Both the position numbers and the translations under genes were made by a program. DNA of 64,000 bases. Source: an uncultured Fibrobacteraceae bacterium. Its GTDB lineage: Bacteria; Krumholzibacteriota; Krumholzibacteriia; LZORAL124-64-63. The notes under the pieces are model-generated. The model was not told the origin of the DNA. It saw only the letters and a program-made list of their open reading frames with translations, and did no database searches. Shown here piece by piece: positions 27,222-36,484 of the stretch (the first letter of the stretch is position 1; each line of letters starts with the position of its first letter). Where the stretch lies: assembly GCA_964646035.1 (NCBI GenBank), contig CAZYDJ010000001.1, forward strand, positions 7,346-71,345. Direction: 5' to 3'.

Positions 27222-29192
27222 CTACTTCACGAGAGACAGCTTGCGAACCTGGTATACCTCGGAGCCGATACGCAGGCGCGCGAAGTACGTGCCGCTGGCC
27301 AGCTGCTGGCCCGCGGAGTTGCGGCCGTCCCAAGTCATGGCGTATTCGCCGGCCTCAAGAGTGCCGTTGTGCAGGGAGGTGATCATCTCGCCCTTGATGT
27401 TGTAGATGTTGAGCTGGGCAAGATTCGACCGCGTGAGGACGAACTTGATCTCCGTCTGCGGGTTGAACGGGTTCGGAGCGATGGACTGCAGGCCGCCCGC
27501 GGGCAGCACGCTGGGCAGTTCGTCGCCGATGCCCGTGATCGGGGCCAGGACATGGTCGTCACGATACGGGGTGATCTGGAAATCGCCGTACTCGTAATCC
27601 ATGAATCCGGTGACCGACACGAAGTCGCCGATGGTCGGCTGATAAGTCAGCTCGATGTTCGGATCGACACAGACGCTGTCCGCGCGGACATGGGTGTCGG
27701 AGATGATGTACTCACCGTAGCCCAGTGTGTCCATGACCGTCGAGATGACGGTGCGGACCCAGACGCTCTCGTAGGCTTCGCCGTAGACGCTGTCGCCGTC
27801 TTCCAGGGTATCGTCGCGCAGATAGCGCGTCGCGACCTTGGCCGCCCGGGGCATCGTATTGTTGTAGGAAACGATGTTCACGGCTGCGGAACCGGCCGAG
27901 GAGTGCGGGGCCATCTCGGTCAGGCCGTAGTACTCGTCGATGTAGCCGCCGACCTCTACCAGGTCGCCCTGGTAGACGGAGCCGTAGGCGCCGGAGCCAT
28001 CATAGACGAGGAGGCCGGAGAACTGGCCTTCGCCGTCCTGCATGATGAACTTGCTGACCGTTCCCGCGTCGCCGGTGCCGGCGGTAACCACGCCGCGCAC
28101 GTTGACGACCTTGCCGTAGTAGGACGAACTCTGGGAAAGGCTGTCCGGATGGGCGTACTGGACGTCGTAGATCGGAGTGAAGCCTACCGCGATCTCGTAC
28201 CAGCCGCCGGGGGCCGCGCCGGGATTGTTCACGGTCTGAGCGGCTGTGTCGGTGGCCTGCACGTAGTAGTCGATCTGAACGCCGGTGTGGGTTGCCGGGA
28301 TCGTGCCGGACCAGAGGTTGCCGCCGACGTTGGCCATGGCCACCGAGTTGAAGATGCCGGTGCTGTCGCCGGCGTCGTCGCGGTAGTACAACATGGCCGA
28401 AGTGATGCCGGCGTCGTCGGTGATCGTCGCGGAGACGGTGACCACGTCGCTGGCCTCAGGCGTCCAGTTATCGCAAAAGACGCCGTCGATGATCGGAGCG
28501 GTGTCGCCCAGAGGATTCTCGATGATGTCGCTCTGGCGGCGGGGCTTGAGCTCGATCAGCCCGTTGTAGCTCACGCAGATGCCGGAGGCGAGATACTCGT
28601 CGCCGTCGGCCATGGTGCCCAAGTCGATGCCGGTGTCCTTGTCGATGTAGACAAGAATGGTGTCTGTGCCGACGAAGAGCTTGAAATCACCGCTCGCGGT
28701 GGGAGACGTCCAGTTCTTCTCCACCACGGTGCCGATCACACCGATCAGGGAGCCGACGCTCTCGTAATCGGCCAGAACCGCGTCGATGCCGAGGATCGCG
28801 GGATCGTATTCGGTCTCGAGACCCATGGGAACGAAGTTGAAAGGAGGCTGCAGCTGGATCTCGCCGCTGTAGGCGCCGACGGTGCCGGTGATCTGGACGC
28901 GATCGCCGTACACGAAGGTGTAGCCGGCGGTGGAGGTGTCATAGAAGCCGACGCCGCCTGTGTCGTCCTGGATGTAGTGGGTGCCGGTGTTGTAGACGCC
29001 CTTGGGCGAGGTGATCTTGCCCTCGATAGTCACGACTTGGCCGTAATAGGTAGCCGTCGCATCGGGCGTGCCGTCCAGGTTATAAACCTGGATGTCGTCA
29101 ATGTCGACGGTCTGGGCGGAGGCCGCCCCGGTAAGCGCCAGCAGGAAGAGGGCTGCCAGCGCCACATTCACTAACTTCTTCATTCTTGCCAT
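27222..29192 (-). CDS. secreted T9SS cargo protein with three tandem OB-fold (YhcR/ExeM-N-terminal-like) domains and a type-A Por C-terminal sorting domain
   Basis: The signal peptide is MARMKKLVNVALAALFLLALTGAASA. A module is repeated three times (YYGqVVtieGkvT....yIQDdtGG....ge.q.). The C-terminus NPFNPQTEIKFVL...LNIYNIKGEMI...MTWDGRNSAGQQLASGTYFARL..VRKLSLVK is a textbook T9SS CTD. Confidence 0.75.
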   Translation of the reverse strand: MARMKKLVNVALAALFLLALTGAASAQTVDIDDIQVYNLDGTPDATATYYGQVVTIEGKITSPKGVYNTGTHYIQDDTGGVGFYDTSTAGYTFVYGDRVQITGTVGAYSGEIQLQPPFNFVPMGLETEYDPAILGIDAVLADYESVGSLIGVIGTVVEKNWTSPTASGDFKLFVGTDTILVYIDKDTGIDLGTMADGDEYLASGICVSYNGLIELKPRRQSDIIENPLGDTAPIIDGVFCDNWTPEASDVVTVSATITDDAGITSAMLYYRDDAGDSTGIFNSVAMANVGGNLWSGTIPATHTGVQIDYYVQATDTAAQTVNNPGAAPGGWYEIAVGFTPIYDVQYAHPDSLSQSSSYYGKVVNVRGVVTAGTGDAGTVSKFIMQDGEGQFSGLLVYDGSGAYGSVYQGDLVEVGGYIDEYYGLTEMAPHSSAGSAAVNIVSYNNTMPRAAKVATRYLRDDTLEDGDSVYGEAYESVWVRTVISTVMDTLGYGEYIISDTHVRADSVCVDPNIELTYQPTIGDFVSVTGFMDYEYGDFQITPYRDDHVLAPITGIGDELPSVLPAGGLQSIAPNPFNPQTEIKFVLTRSNLAQLNIYNIKGEMITSLHNGTLEAGEYAMTWDGRNSAGQQLASGTYFARLRIGSEVYQVRKLSLVK

Positions 29193-29462
29193 CTCCTCTG
29201 CCAGAGGGGCGAATCAACTTTGCTTAGGAACAGTGCGTTCACAAGCCCGCGGAGTCAGTGTCAAGTTTGGACTATCGCAGAAGAGCGGAACGCAGTCGTT
29301 GCGCAGGGTTCTCGCGTGAAACCTCTGCATCCTAACTTGGTATCATATCACCTGATTGCAAGCATGTCCACGGATTAGCAAAAAAATCGGCCTAGACCGA
29401 AAAAACCGCCGGTGACGGCCCAAACCCCTTCAGAACGACTCCAAATACCCAAAAGGGGCAAT

Positions 29463-31040
29463 TCAGGACTCGGATATGACTGAGCGGCCGCTCATCTGCT
29501 CCGGTTTGGCCAGCTCCAAAAGGTCCAGAATCGTGGGCGCGATGTCCCGCAATCCGAAACTTCCCGCGGCGATCACGTCATTGCGGCCGGCGAATTTCTC
29601 GGCCACCAGAATCAAAGGCACTTCATTGAGGGTGTGATTGGTCAGCACCCGGCCGCTTTCGTCGATCATCTCCTCGCAGTTGCCGTGGTCGGCGGTAACC
29701 AGCATGGCGCCGCCGCGGTCCAGGACATCGGACACGATCCCGGCCAGAAGCCCGTCGAGGGTCTTGATCGCCGACACGGCCGCATCGAGTACACCGGTAT
29801 GACCGACCATGTCCCCGTTGGCGAAGTTGACGACGATCAGATCGTGCTCGCCGGCGGCCACGGCCTCGCGCACGACGGCGGCGACGGCCGGGGCGCTCAT
29901 CTCCGGCTGGAGATCGTAAGTGGCCACCTGCGGCGACGGGACCAGGCGCCGGTCCTCGCCGGGAAAAGGCTCCTCGCGTCCGCCGTTGAGGAAATAAGTC
30001 ACGTGGGCGTATTTTTCGGTTTCAGCGGTGCGCAGGTTGCGCAGGCCGTTGGCCTCCAGAACGTCGGCCAGGATTCCCTGATGCACCTGGGGCGGGAAGA
30101 GCACCGGCAGATCGAGGTTCTCGTCGTAGAGGGTCATGCAGAGATATGCGACCGACGGCCGCAAAGGGCGGTCGAAGCCGTCGAAATCATCTTTGTTGAA
30201 GGCCCAGGTCAGTTCGCGGGCCCGGTCGGCCCGGAAGTTCCAGAAGAAGACGCCGTCGCCGTCTTCGATCACTGCCAGCGGGGATCCGTCCGCGCCGACG
30301 ATGACGTGGGGCTCGACGAACTCGTCGGTGATTCCCGCGGCGTAGGAATCGCGGACCGCCTGCTCGGCGTCGCCGGCCTTTTCGCCTTCGCCGTGAACCA
30401 GGGCGCGCCAGGCCTTCTCCACCCGGGCCCATCTCTTGTCGCGATCCATGCCCCAGTAGCGGCCGCCGACCGATACGATCCGGCCGGCGCCCAGGCGATC
30501 GAGTTCCGCCTGCAATTCGCCCAGATAACGAAGTCCGCTTTCCGGGTCGGTATCGCGGCCGTCGAGGAATGCGTGTACGCAGATGTCGGCGATGCCGGCG
30601 TCCCTGGCCTCGCGCACGATGCCGTAGAGATGTTCGGTGTGGGAATGGACTCCGCCCGGAGAGACCAGCCCCAGCAGGTGCAGTCTGCCTTCCTTCCGCC
30701 GTACCGCGGATACGAAATCGCGCCAGGCCGGCACCTCGGACAGGCCGCCGGCCGCCATTACCCGGCTGACCCGGTTGAGGTCCTGGTCGATCACCCGGCC
30801 GGATCCGATGGTCAGATGGCCCACTTCGCTGTTGCCCATCTGCCCCTCGGGCAGACCCACGGCGGGGCCGCAGCAGACAAGGCTGGTCCAGGGATAATCC
30901 ACGAAGAGCGACTCGAAACAGGCGGGGCGGGCAAGCGCCACCGCGTTGCCCCGGTCGTGTCCGGGACCCTCCGGACGCAGGCCGACGCCGTCGAGGATGC
31001 AGAGCACCAGTGGTTTGCGCGTCGATCCGTCAGACATCAT
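29463..31040 (-). CDS. gpmI: 2,3-bisphosphoglycerate-independent phosphoglycerate mutase
   Basis: A 525-aa ORF with LCILDGVG, GNSEVGHLT and TADHGN motifs of the iPGM family. Confidence 0.92.
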   Translation of the reverse strand: MMSDGSTRKPLVLCILDGVGLRPEGPGHDRGNAVALARPACFESLFVDYPWTSLVCCGPAVGLPEGQMGNSEVGHLTIGSGRVIDQDLNRVSRVMAAGGLSEVPAWRDFVSAVRRKEGRLHLLGLVSPGGVHSHTEHLYGIVREARDAGIADICVHAFLDGRDTDPESGLRYLGELQAELDRLGAGRIVSVGGRYWGMDRDKRWARVEKAWRALVHGEGEKAGDAEQAVRDSYAAGITDEFVEPHVIVGADGSPLAVIEDGDGVFFWNFRADRARELTWAFNKDDFDGFDRPLRPSVAYLCMTLYDENLDLPVLFPPQVHQGILADVLEANGLRNLRTAETEKYAHVTYFLNGGREEPFPGEDRRLVPSPQVATYDLQPEMSAPAVAAVVREAVAAGEHDLIVVNFANGDMVGHTGVLDAAVSAIKTLDGLLAGIVSDVLDRGGAMLVTADHGNCEEMIDESGRVLTNHTLNEVPLILVAEKFAGRNDVIAAGSFGLRDIAPTILDLLELAKPEQMSGRSVISES

Positions 31041-31443
31041 GCCTCCTGAGTGTACCGGCGGGCAGGACCCACAGATCGGTCCTGCCGAGAGCCATCACGA
31101 GCATCCGGTCCAGGGGAAATACGTTGCGGCGTTCCGGACCGGGGGCCGAGTCGTTCGATTCCGGTTCCGCAGTCGAACGGGCCACAAGATATGAACCGGC
31201 CTGCAGTACCGCACGGCAGACTTCTCGCCCGTCCGGCAGGAATTCCGAGATGCGCAGCCGGCCGAGCCGGATCACGACCTCTAGGCCGGGTTCGGGGCGA
31301 AAGATCTGATTGGCGGCCAAGGGAACGACCCGGGCCTCACGTCCCAGACTGCGGCTGAGCCCCGGTCTGCCCGAGAAGATCCTGGCAGCCCGGCCCAACG
31401 CCAGTTCACCAGCGCCGGCGGACTGCGGCATATCCGTCTTCAA
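31030..31443 (-). CDS. small protein with a cyclic-nucleotide-binding-like (CAP effector domain-like) beta-roll; hypothetical
   Basis: A 137-aa ORF. Its segment GRLRISEFLPDGREVCRAVLQAGSYLV resembles a cNMP-binding domain core. It overlaps the gpmI start by 11 nt. Confidence 0.35.
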   Translation of the reverse strand: MKTDMPQSAGAGELALGRAARIFSGRPGLSRSLGREARVVPLAANQIFRPEPGLEVVIRLGRLRISEFLPDGREVCRAVLQAGSYLVARSTAEPESNDSAPGPERRNVFPLDRMLVMALGRTDLWVLPAGTLRRHDV

Positions 31444-31519
31444 TCGCCATCCCTCCTATGTCTTGCGATCTGCGATCGACGGTAACATACGCCGTTGGCC
31501 CCCGCCAGCCCACCGGTTC

Positions 31520-31548
31520 TTGACATGCACCGGGGTCGACTCTAACGT
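31520..31548 (+). promoter_or_regulatory. sigma70-like promoter (TTGACA-17 bp-TAACGT) driving the TPP-riboswitch transcript
   Basis: TTGACA is at 31520-31525 and TAACGT at 31543-31548. They sit just upstream of the riboswitch P1. Confidence 0.4.
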
Positions 31549-31554
31549 AGCCGC

Positions 31555-31635
31555 ATATCCGTTAGGGGTGGTCGCAAGACCTGAGAGATACCCTTGGAAC
31601 CTGAACCGGGTCATTCCGGCGTAGGGAAACGTGAT
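31555..31635 (+). promoter_or_regulatory. TPP (thiamine pyrophosphate) riboswitch, THI element
   Basis: The sequence is cgttaGGGGTGgtcgcaagaCCTGAGAgatACCCttgGAACCTGAaCcGGgTcATtCCgGCGTAGGGAAacg. It matches the conserved THI-box cores (GGGGUG, CUGAGA, ACCC..GAACCUGAUC.GG.UAAU.CC.GCGUAGGGAA). The expression platform contains the hairpin AGGGGCCGG-N9-CCGGCCCCT and an AGGAGG SD before the ATG at 31730. Confidence 0.85.
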
Positions 31636-31729
31636 GAGAACCACGCGACCCACACGTGCCGGCTTCCTGGGAGGGGCCGGTTTTCTGATGCCGGCCCCTG
31701 TAAGACCGTCCTTACAGGAGGCTCTCGTA

Positions 31730-34309
31730 ATGCTGTCCCAGTCCTTTCTCCGGCGAAGCCGCACCGGTGGATTCGTCGCTCCCCTGTTGATCCTGCCGAG
31801 CGCCCTGCTGCTGATCCTGTTGACGAGTTACGCCGCCTTCAGCGCCGAAACCGGGGAAAGCACGGTCCTGCTCGGGCGCGTGGCCGACGCCGCCAGCGGC
31901 GCGCCGCTGGCCAACGCCAACGTTTCGGTCCAGGGCTCGACCGCGGGCACCATGACCACGAACGACGGCTGGTTCTCCCTGCGCGGAGCGCCGGACAGAC
32001 CCTATACCCTGGTCGTCTCCTTCATCGGATACGAAACGTTGCTGCTGGCCGTGGATCCCGCCTCGATCGCGCCGGGCGAGTTCCTGGAGCTGGCTCTCCA
32101 GCCCACCGTCTACGCGACGGAACAGATCGTCGTGACGGCTTCTCGCTACGGATCGGACCTGCACCTCAGCCAGACGAACATCCCCCGCGAGGAACTGCAG
32201 AGAAGAATCGCCGACACCGATATCCCGCTGCTGCTCGAGGACACGCCCGGGCTGTACGCCAGCAGTGATGCGGGCAACGGCATCGGCTACACGTACCTGA
32301 AGATCCGCGGCTTCGACCAGCGGCGCGTCGGCGTGATGGTCAACGGCATCCCCCTGAACGATCCCGAGGACCACCAGGTCTACTGGGTTGATCTGCCCGA
32401 CCTCGCATCCTCGCTCGAGGACGTCCAGGTGCAGCGCGGGGTCACCAACTCCCTGGGCGGGATGACAGCCATCGGCGGAACAGTCAACCTGGTGACCGAC
32501 ATCCTCTCGGTGGAGCCCCGGGCCAGGGCCGCCGCCTACGCCGGAAGCTACGGCACGGCCAAGCAGTCGCTGCTCTACAACACCGGGCTGGTCAACGACC
32601 GGTTCAGTTCGGCGATGCGCATCAGCCATCTCGAGAGCGACGGCTACCGCGACCGGTCGGGCAGCGACCAGTGGGCCGTGTTCTGGAGCGGCCGCTACCA
32701 GACCCCGAACAGCGCCACCCAGATCAACATCTACACCGGACGCGAAAAGACCCTGCACGCCTGGGACGCGATCGACGAGGACACTCTCGAAAACGACCGC
32801 ACATACAATCCCGAAACCTACGCCAACGCCGTCGACGACTTTCGGCAGCCCCATTACGAGCTGCACCACCGCTGGAACGTGGGCGACAACCTCATGCTGA
32901 AGAACTCGGCCTTCGTCATCCACGGCGAGGGATTCTACGAGAACTTCAAGGATGACCGGCAGGCCGGCGATTTCGGTCTCGACCGCTCCGACTTCCTGGG
33001 TCTCGATCCCGAGGCCGAAGTCGATCTGGTGCGGCGCAAGTGGGTCCGCAAGGATCAGGTGGGTTGGGTGCCCCAGCTGATGATGGACCATTCCGGCGGC
33101 CGAACCGTGATCGGAGGCGACGTCTACACCTTCCACAGCAATCATTGGGGAGATGTGATCTCGGTCGAGGGCTTCACCCCCGACGACATGGTCGGAGGGC
33201 TGAAGTACCACGAGTACACCGGCGACAAGGTCGCGTGGTCGGCCTATGTGAACGAACGCTGGGAGGCCCTACCCGGATTCACCCTGATGGCCGACCTGCA
33301 GTTCCAGCATAAGCGCTACGAATTCATGCAGGAACCGGCGGGCAATTTCCAGGGCGATCTGCGCAACGCCTACACCGTCGATTATGACTTCTTCAATCCC
33401 AAGGGCGGCTTCTTCTGGGATCTGCCGCGCGATCTGCTCGGCGGCGACACGGGGCTCTACGGTCACGTCGGACAGACCCATCGCGAACCCGCCGACAGCG
33501 ATCTCTTCGACACCTGGGACGGCCCGGACGACCTGGGCGTCCAGCCGTTGTTCAGCCGTTCCGAGCCGGTGGACGAGAACGGCGACGGCAGCGTCGACTA
33601 CGTGCGGTGGTACGATCCGCAGGTGCGGCAGGAGAAGGTGCTTAACTGGGAAGGCGGATTCAGCTGGCGTACGCGGGCGGTGTCCCTGACCGTCAACGGC
33701 TATTGGATGGATTTCGAGGACGAAATCGTTCCCTACGGCGCAGTGGACGATGACGGCCTCGCCATCCGCGGCAACGCCGACAAGACCCTGCACCGGGGAA
33801 TCGAAATGGGGCTGGCGGCGCAGATCACGCCGGTCCACCGGCTGCGCCTGGCCGCGTCGAAGAGCTGGGACGAGTACGATCGGTTCAGCGTTTTCGAGGA
33901 TGTCTGGGACTGGGATACCGGGGAATACCTGGGAACCACCGAGACGGACTACTCCGGCAATCCCATCCCGCTGTTCCCGGACCACCTGCTGAGCGCGACC
34001 GTGGAATCGGATCTCGGCCCCCTGGACACCAGCGTTCGCCTGCGTCGAGTCGGCAGGCAGCATCTCGACAATACCGGTCGAGACAATCGGGTCATCGACG
34101 CCTACACTACCGTGGATCTGGGCCTGAGCGCCGATCTGGCCGCCCTGGGCGGCGAGTCGCTTTCCGGAGCGTTTTTCGATTTTCGCCTGCGCAACCTGTT
34201 TGATGTGGAGTACGAGACCAACGGATATTACGATCCTTGGGCTGGAGGGAACATGAGGATTCCCGCCGCCAAACGTAATTTCCTGGCTGGGATCAGGGCT
34301 GCTTTCTGA
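31730..34309 (+). CDS. TonB-dependent outer-membrane receptor (CarboxypepD_reg-like N-domain, plug, 22-strand barrel); predicted thiamine/TPP-precursor uptake
   Basis: The start was chosen at the ATG with an AGGAGG RBS (signal peptide MLSQSFLRRSRTGGFVAPLLILPSALLLILLTSYAAFSA). The ORF track begins 33 codons earlier, inside the riboswitch. A TonB-box-like region and plug motifs are present (IVVTASR, GIPLND). It lies directly downstream of the TPP riboswitch. Confidence 0.85.
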   Translation: MLSQSFLRRSRTGGFVAPLLILPSALLLILLTSYAAFSAETGESTVLLGRVADAASGAPLANANVSVQGSTAGTMTTNDGWFSLRGAPDRPYTLVVSFIGYETLLLAVDPASIAPGEFLELALQPTVYATEQIVVTASRYGSDLHLSQTNIPREELQRRIADTDIPLLLEDTPGLYASSDAGNGIGYTYLKIRGFDQRRVGVMVNGIPLNDPEDHQVYWVDLPDLASSLEDVQVQRGVTNSLGGMTAIGGTVNLVTDILSVEPRARAAAYAGSYGTAKQSLLYNTGLVNDRFSSAMRISHLESDGYRDRSGSDQWAVFWSGRYQTPNSATQINIYTGREKTLHAWDAIDEDTLENDRTYNPETYANAVDDFRQPHYELHHRWNVGDNLMLKNSAFVIHGEGFYENFKDDRQAGDFGLDRSDFLGLDPEAEVDLVRRKWVRKDQVGWVPQLMMDHSGGRTVIGGDVYTFHSNHWGDVISVEGFTPDDMVGGLKYHEYTGDKVAWSAYVNERWEALPGFTLMADLQFQHKRYEFMQEPAGNFQGDLRNAYTVDYDFFNPKGGFFWDLPRDLLGGDTGLYGHVGQTHREPADSDLFDTWDGPDDLGVQPLFSRSEPVDENGDGSVDYVRWYDPQVRQEKVLNWEGGFSWRTRAVSLTVNGYWMDFEDEIVPYGAVDDDGLAIRGNADKTLHRGIEMGLAAQITPVHRLRLAASKSWDEYDRFSVFEDVWDWDTGEYLGTTETDYSGNPIPLFPDHLLSATVESDLGPLDTSVRLRRVGRQHLDNTGRDNRVIDAYTTVDLGLSADLAALGGESLSGAFFDFRLRNLFDVEYETNGYYDPWAGGNMRIPAAKRNFLAGIRAAF

Positions 34310-34322
34310 TGGAAGGAAAAGC

Positions 34323-35027
34323 ATGAAAGAGAGAGGAGCCAGTTCTCTCATCTTTCCGATCGGCGGGCGCCGGGCTGTCGTGCTGTGCGACGGCCCCCTG
34401 CCTCCGTCCCCCCTGATCGAATATTGGCTCGACGGAGCCGAAATGTTCATCTGCGCCGACGGGGCCGGATATCCTTATGATGAGATTCCCCGGCCGCCGG
34501 ACATCGTCATCGGCGATTTCGACTCCCTGAGCGGCCATTTGTTGTCGGGACGTTCCGGGCCCCGCTATCTGCAGTCGACCGACCAGGACACCACCGACTC
34601 CGAGAAGGCCCTGGTCTTCTGCGCCGGCGAAGGCGTCGCTGAAGTTGTGCTGCTCGGCGCCACCGGCTGGCTGATCGACCACACCCTGTACAACGTCTCG
34701 CTCCTCGAGAAATTCGCCGACCGGCTGCGGATCTGCCTTTCGGATCGCTTCAGCAGCACGGTGCGTATAGGGCCCGGGGAATCGACGCACTGGCATCTTC
34801 CGGCCGGGACGCCGTTCTCTCTCAGCCCGCTGACCGGCAATGCGAAAGGCGTCACCATCGCCGGCGCCGAGTTTTCGCGGCGCGAGTTCGACATCGACGG
34901 CAAAGGTCCGGCCACGATCTCCAATACCGTCGCCGAGCCTCCCCTCTTCCTTGAAATCACTTCCGGATCGCTGCTGTTCACCGTGCGCCACGATCTCTCG
35001 GAGCAGGGCCATACGGTGGTCCCCTGA
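34323..35027 (+). CDS. thiamine pyrophosphokinase (thiamin diphosphokinase)
   Basis: A 234-aa ORF with the TPK motifs ICADGAG, IGDFDSL and DQDTTDSEKAL. It lies in the riboswitch-controlled operon. Confidence 0.75.
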   Translation: MKERGASSLIFPIGGRRAVVLCDGPLPPSPLIEYWLDGAEMFICADGAGYPYDEIPRPPDIVIGDFDSLSGHLLSGRSGPRYLQSTDQDTTDSEKALVFCAGEGVAEVVLLGATGWLIDHTLYNVSLLEKFADRLRICLSDRFSSTVRIGPGESTHWHLPAGTPFSLSPLTGNAKGVTIAGAEFSRREFDIDGKGPATISNTVAEPPLFLEITSGSLLFTVRHDLSEQGHTVVP

Positions 35028-36400
35028 TGACCGCGCTCTCCGTCTACATCATCTTCCTGGTCTACGCGGTTCTGCGCCTCTTCCGCTCCCCTTCCCGCAA
35101 CGCCGCCGACTACATTGTCGCCGGCCGCCGCCTGACCCTGCCCGCGTTCATCGCCACGATGGTCGCGTCCTGGTACGGCGGCATCCTCGGAGTGGGCGAA
35201 TACGCCTGGAGCTACGGAATCAGCAATTGGCTCGTCTTCGGAGTGCCCTACTATCTCTACGCCGGCGTCTTCGCCCTCTTCCTGGCCGCCCGGGCACGCC
35301 GCAGCCGGGTCCTGACTCTGCCCGACCTCCTGGAACAACGCTACGGCCGGCCCGCCGCCCTGGTCGGCGCCGGCACGCTCTTCGTGATGACGGTCCCGGC
35401 CGCCTATGTGCTGATGCTCGGAGTACTGCTGCGGCTGGCCACCGGCTGGCCGGTATGGGTCGGCGTCCTGGTCGGGACGACGTTCTCGGTCAGCTACGTT
35501 TTCCGCGGCGGCCTGAAGGCGGTCGTCGGAACCGACGCGGTCCAGTTCGTCCTGATGTTCCTGGGATTCGCCGTCCTGGTGCCGGCCTGTGTCCTGAAAT
35601 ACGGAGGATGGGAATTCCTGGGCTCCGCCCTGCCCGCGAAACATCTGGTCTGGGACGGCGGACGCGGAGCCCAGGCCGTCGCAGTCTGGTACTTCATCGC
35701 CCTGTCCACACTGATCGAACCGGCCTTCTACCAACGATGCTACGCTGCGCGCAGCGAAGGCGTCGCCCGCCGCGGCATCCTCATCTCGATCCTCTGCTGG
35801 ATGTTCTTCGACCTGCTGACCACGACGGCCGGACTCTACGCCCGGGCCGTCATCCCCGACCTGGCCGATCCGGTGACGGCTTTCCCCGCACTCGCAGCCC
35901 GCACCCTGACTCCGTTCTGGGAGGGAGTCTTCACCGTCGGGCTGCTGGCCACCATCATGTCGACCGTGGACACCAACGCCCTGCTCGCCGCGGTGACCGG
36001 CGGCCGCGACATCCTGTTGCGCAGCCGGGGCGACGAAGCGGCCATGGCCGAGAACGCGCCCGCCTCCCTCTCGATAATCCGCTGGAGCCTGCTGGCCGCG
36101 GCCGTCCTGGCCTCGGGGATGGCGATCTGGTCCGGTTCGGTGGTCAAGCTCTGGCATCACCTCGGCAGCGTGGGCACTCCGGTGCTGCTGCTGCCGGTGG
36201 CGCTGGCCCACTCTTCGGTCCGGGTTCCGCGCAAAGGGATCCCGTTGGCGATGACGCTCGCCGGCGGAGTCAGTCTGGGCTGGCTGTTGTTGGGCGGCGG
36301 GGAGAACTGGCTGGGAATCGAGCCGATCTTTCCCGGCCTGGCCACATCGGTCGTCTCGATGTCAGCGATAATGATCCGGGATCGCCGGGGATCCGCCTGA
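35027..36400 (+). CDS. sodium:solute symporter family (SSF) transporter, predicted thiamine (ThiV-like) importer
   Basis: A 457-aa ORF with about 13 TM helices and SSF-like N-terminal motifs. Its start overlaps the TPK stop (TGATG). Confidence 0.75.
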   Translation: MTALSVYIIFLVYAVLRLFRSPSRNAADYIVAGRRLTLPAFIATMVASWYGGILGVGEYAWSYGISNWLVFGVPYYLYAGVFALFLAARARRSRVLTLPDLLEQRYGRPAALVGAGTLFVMTVPAAYVLMLGVLLRLATGWPVWVGVLVGTTFSVSYVFRGGLKAVVGTDAVQFVLMFLGFAVLVPACVLKYGGWEFLGSALPAKHLVWDGGRGAQAVAVWYFIALSTLIEPAFYQRCYAARSEGVARRGILISILCWMFFDLLTTTAGLYARAVIPDLADPVTAFPALAARTLTPFWEGVFTVGLLATIMSTVDTNALLAAVTGGRDILLRSRGDEAAMAENAPASLSIIRWSLLAAAVLASGMAIWSGSVVKLWHHLGSVGTPVLLLPVALAHSSVRVPRKGIPLAMTLAGGVSLGWLLLGGGENWLGIEPIFPGLATSVVSMSAIMIRDRRGSA

Positions 36401-36484
36401 GACATCCCGCCGTCGGTTCAGCGGAACATCACCCTGATCCCACAAACTCCGGTTCCCGGCGGGATCAGCAACGATGAGGAACTG

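Noticed and set aside
27219-29174. A 651-aa + strand ORF antisense to the T9SS cargo gene.
   Set aside because: It is a shadow ORF. The minus-strand product has a signal peptide, repeated OB-like modules and a canonical CTD.
29634-31049. A 471-aa + strand ORF antisense to gpmI.
   Set aside because: It is a shadow ORF. gpmI motifs are unambiguous on the minus strand.
31631-31729. The upstream start proposed by the ORF track for the TonB-dependent receptor.
   Set aside because: It would place the start codon inside the TPP riboswitch aptamer and expression platform. The ATG at 31730 has an AGGAGG SD and is followed immediately by the signal peptide.
31712-34450. Minus-strand ORFs of 499 aa and 393 aa antisense to the TonB-dependent receptor.
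   Set aside because: They are shadow ORFs with no motifs. The + strand receptor lies directly behind a TPP riboswitch.
34565-36477. A 548-aa minus-strand ORF and a 545-aa alternate-frame + ORF overlapping the SSF transporter gene.
   Set aside because: Their translations are Arg/Gly/Pro-rich, typical of off-frame reading of GC-rich membrane-protein genes.
36401-36484. A long-range complementary pair (GATCCCGCCG ... CGGCGGGATC) between the convergent genes at 36400/36485.
   Set aside because: The arms are about 45 nt apart with no U-tract. It may be a weak convergent terminator, but evidence is insufficient to call it.
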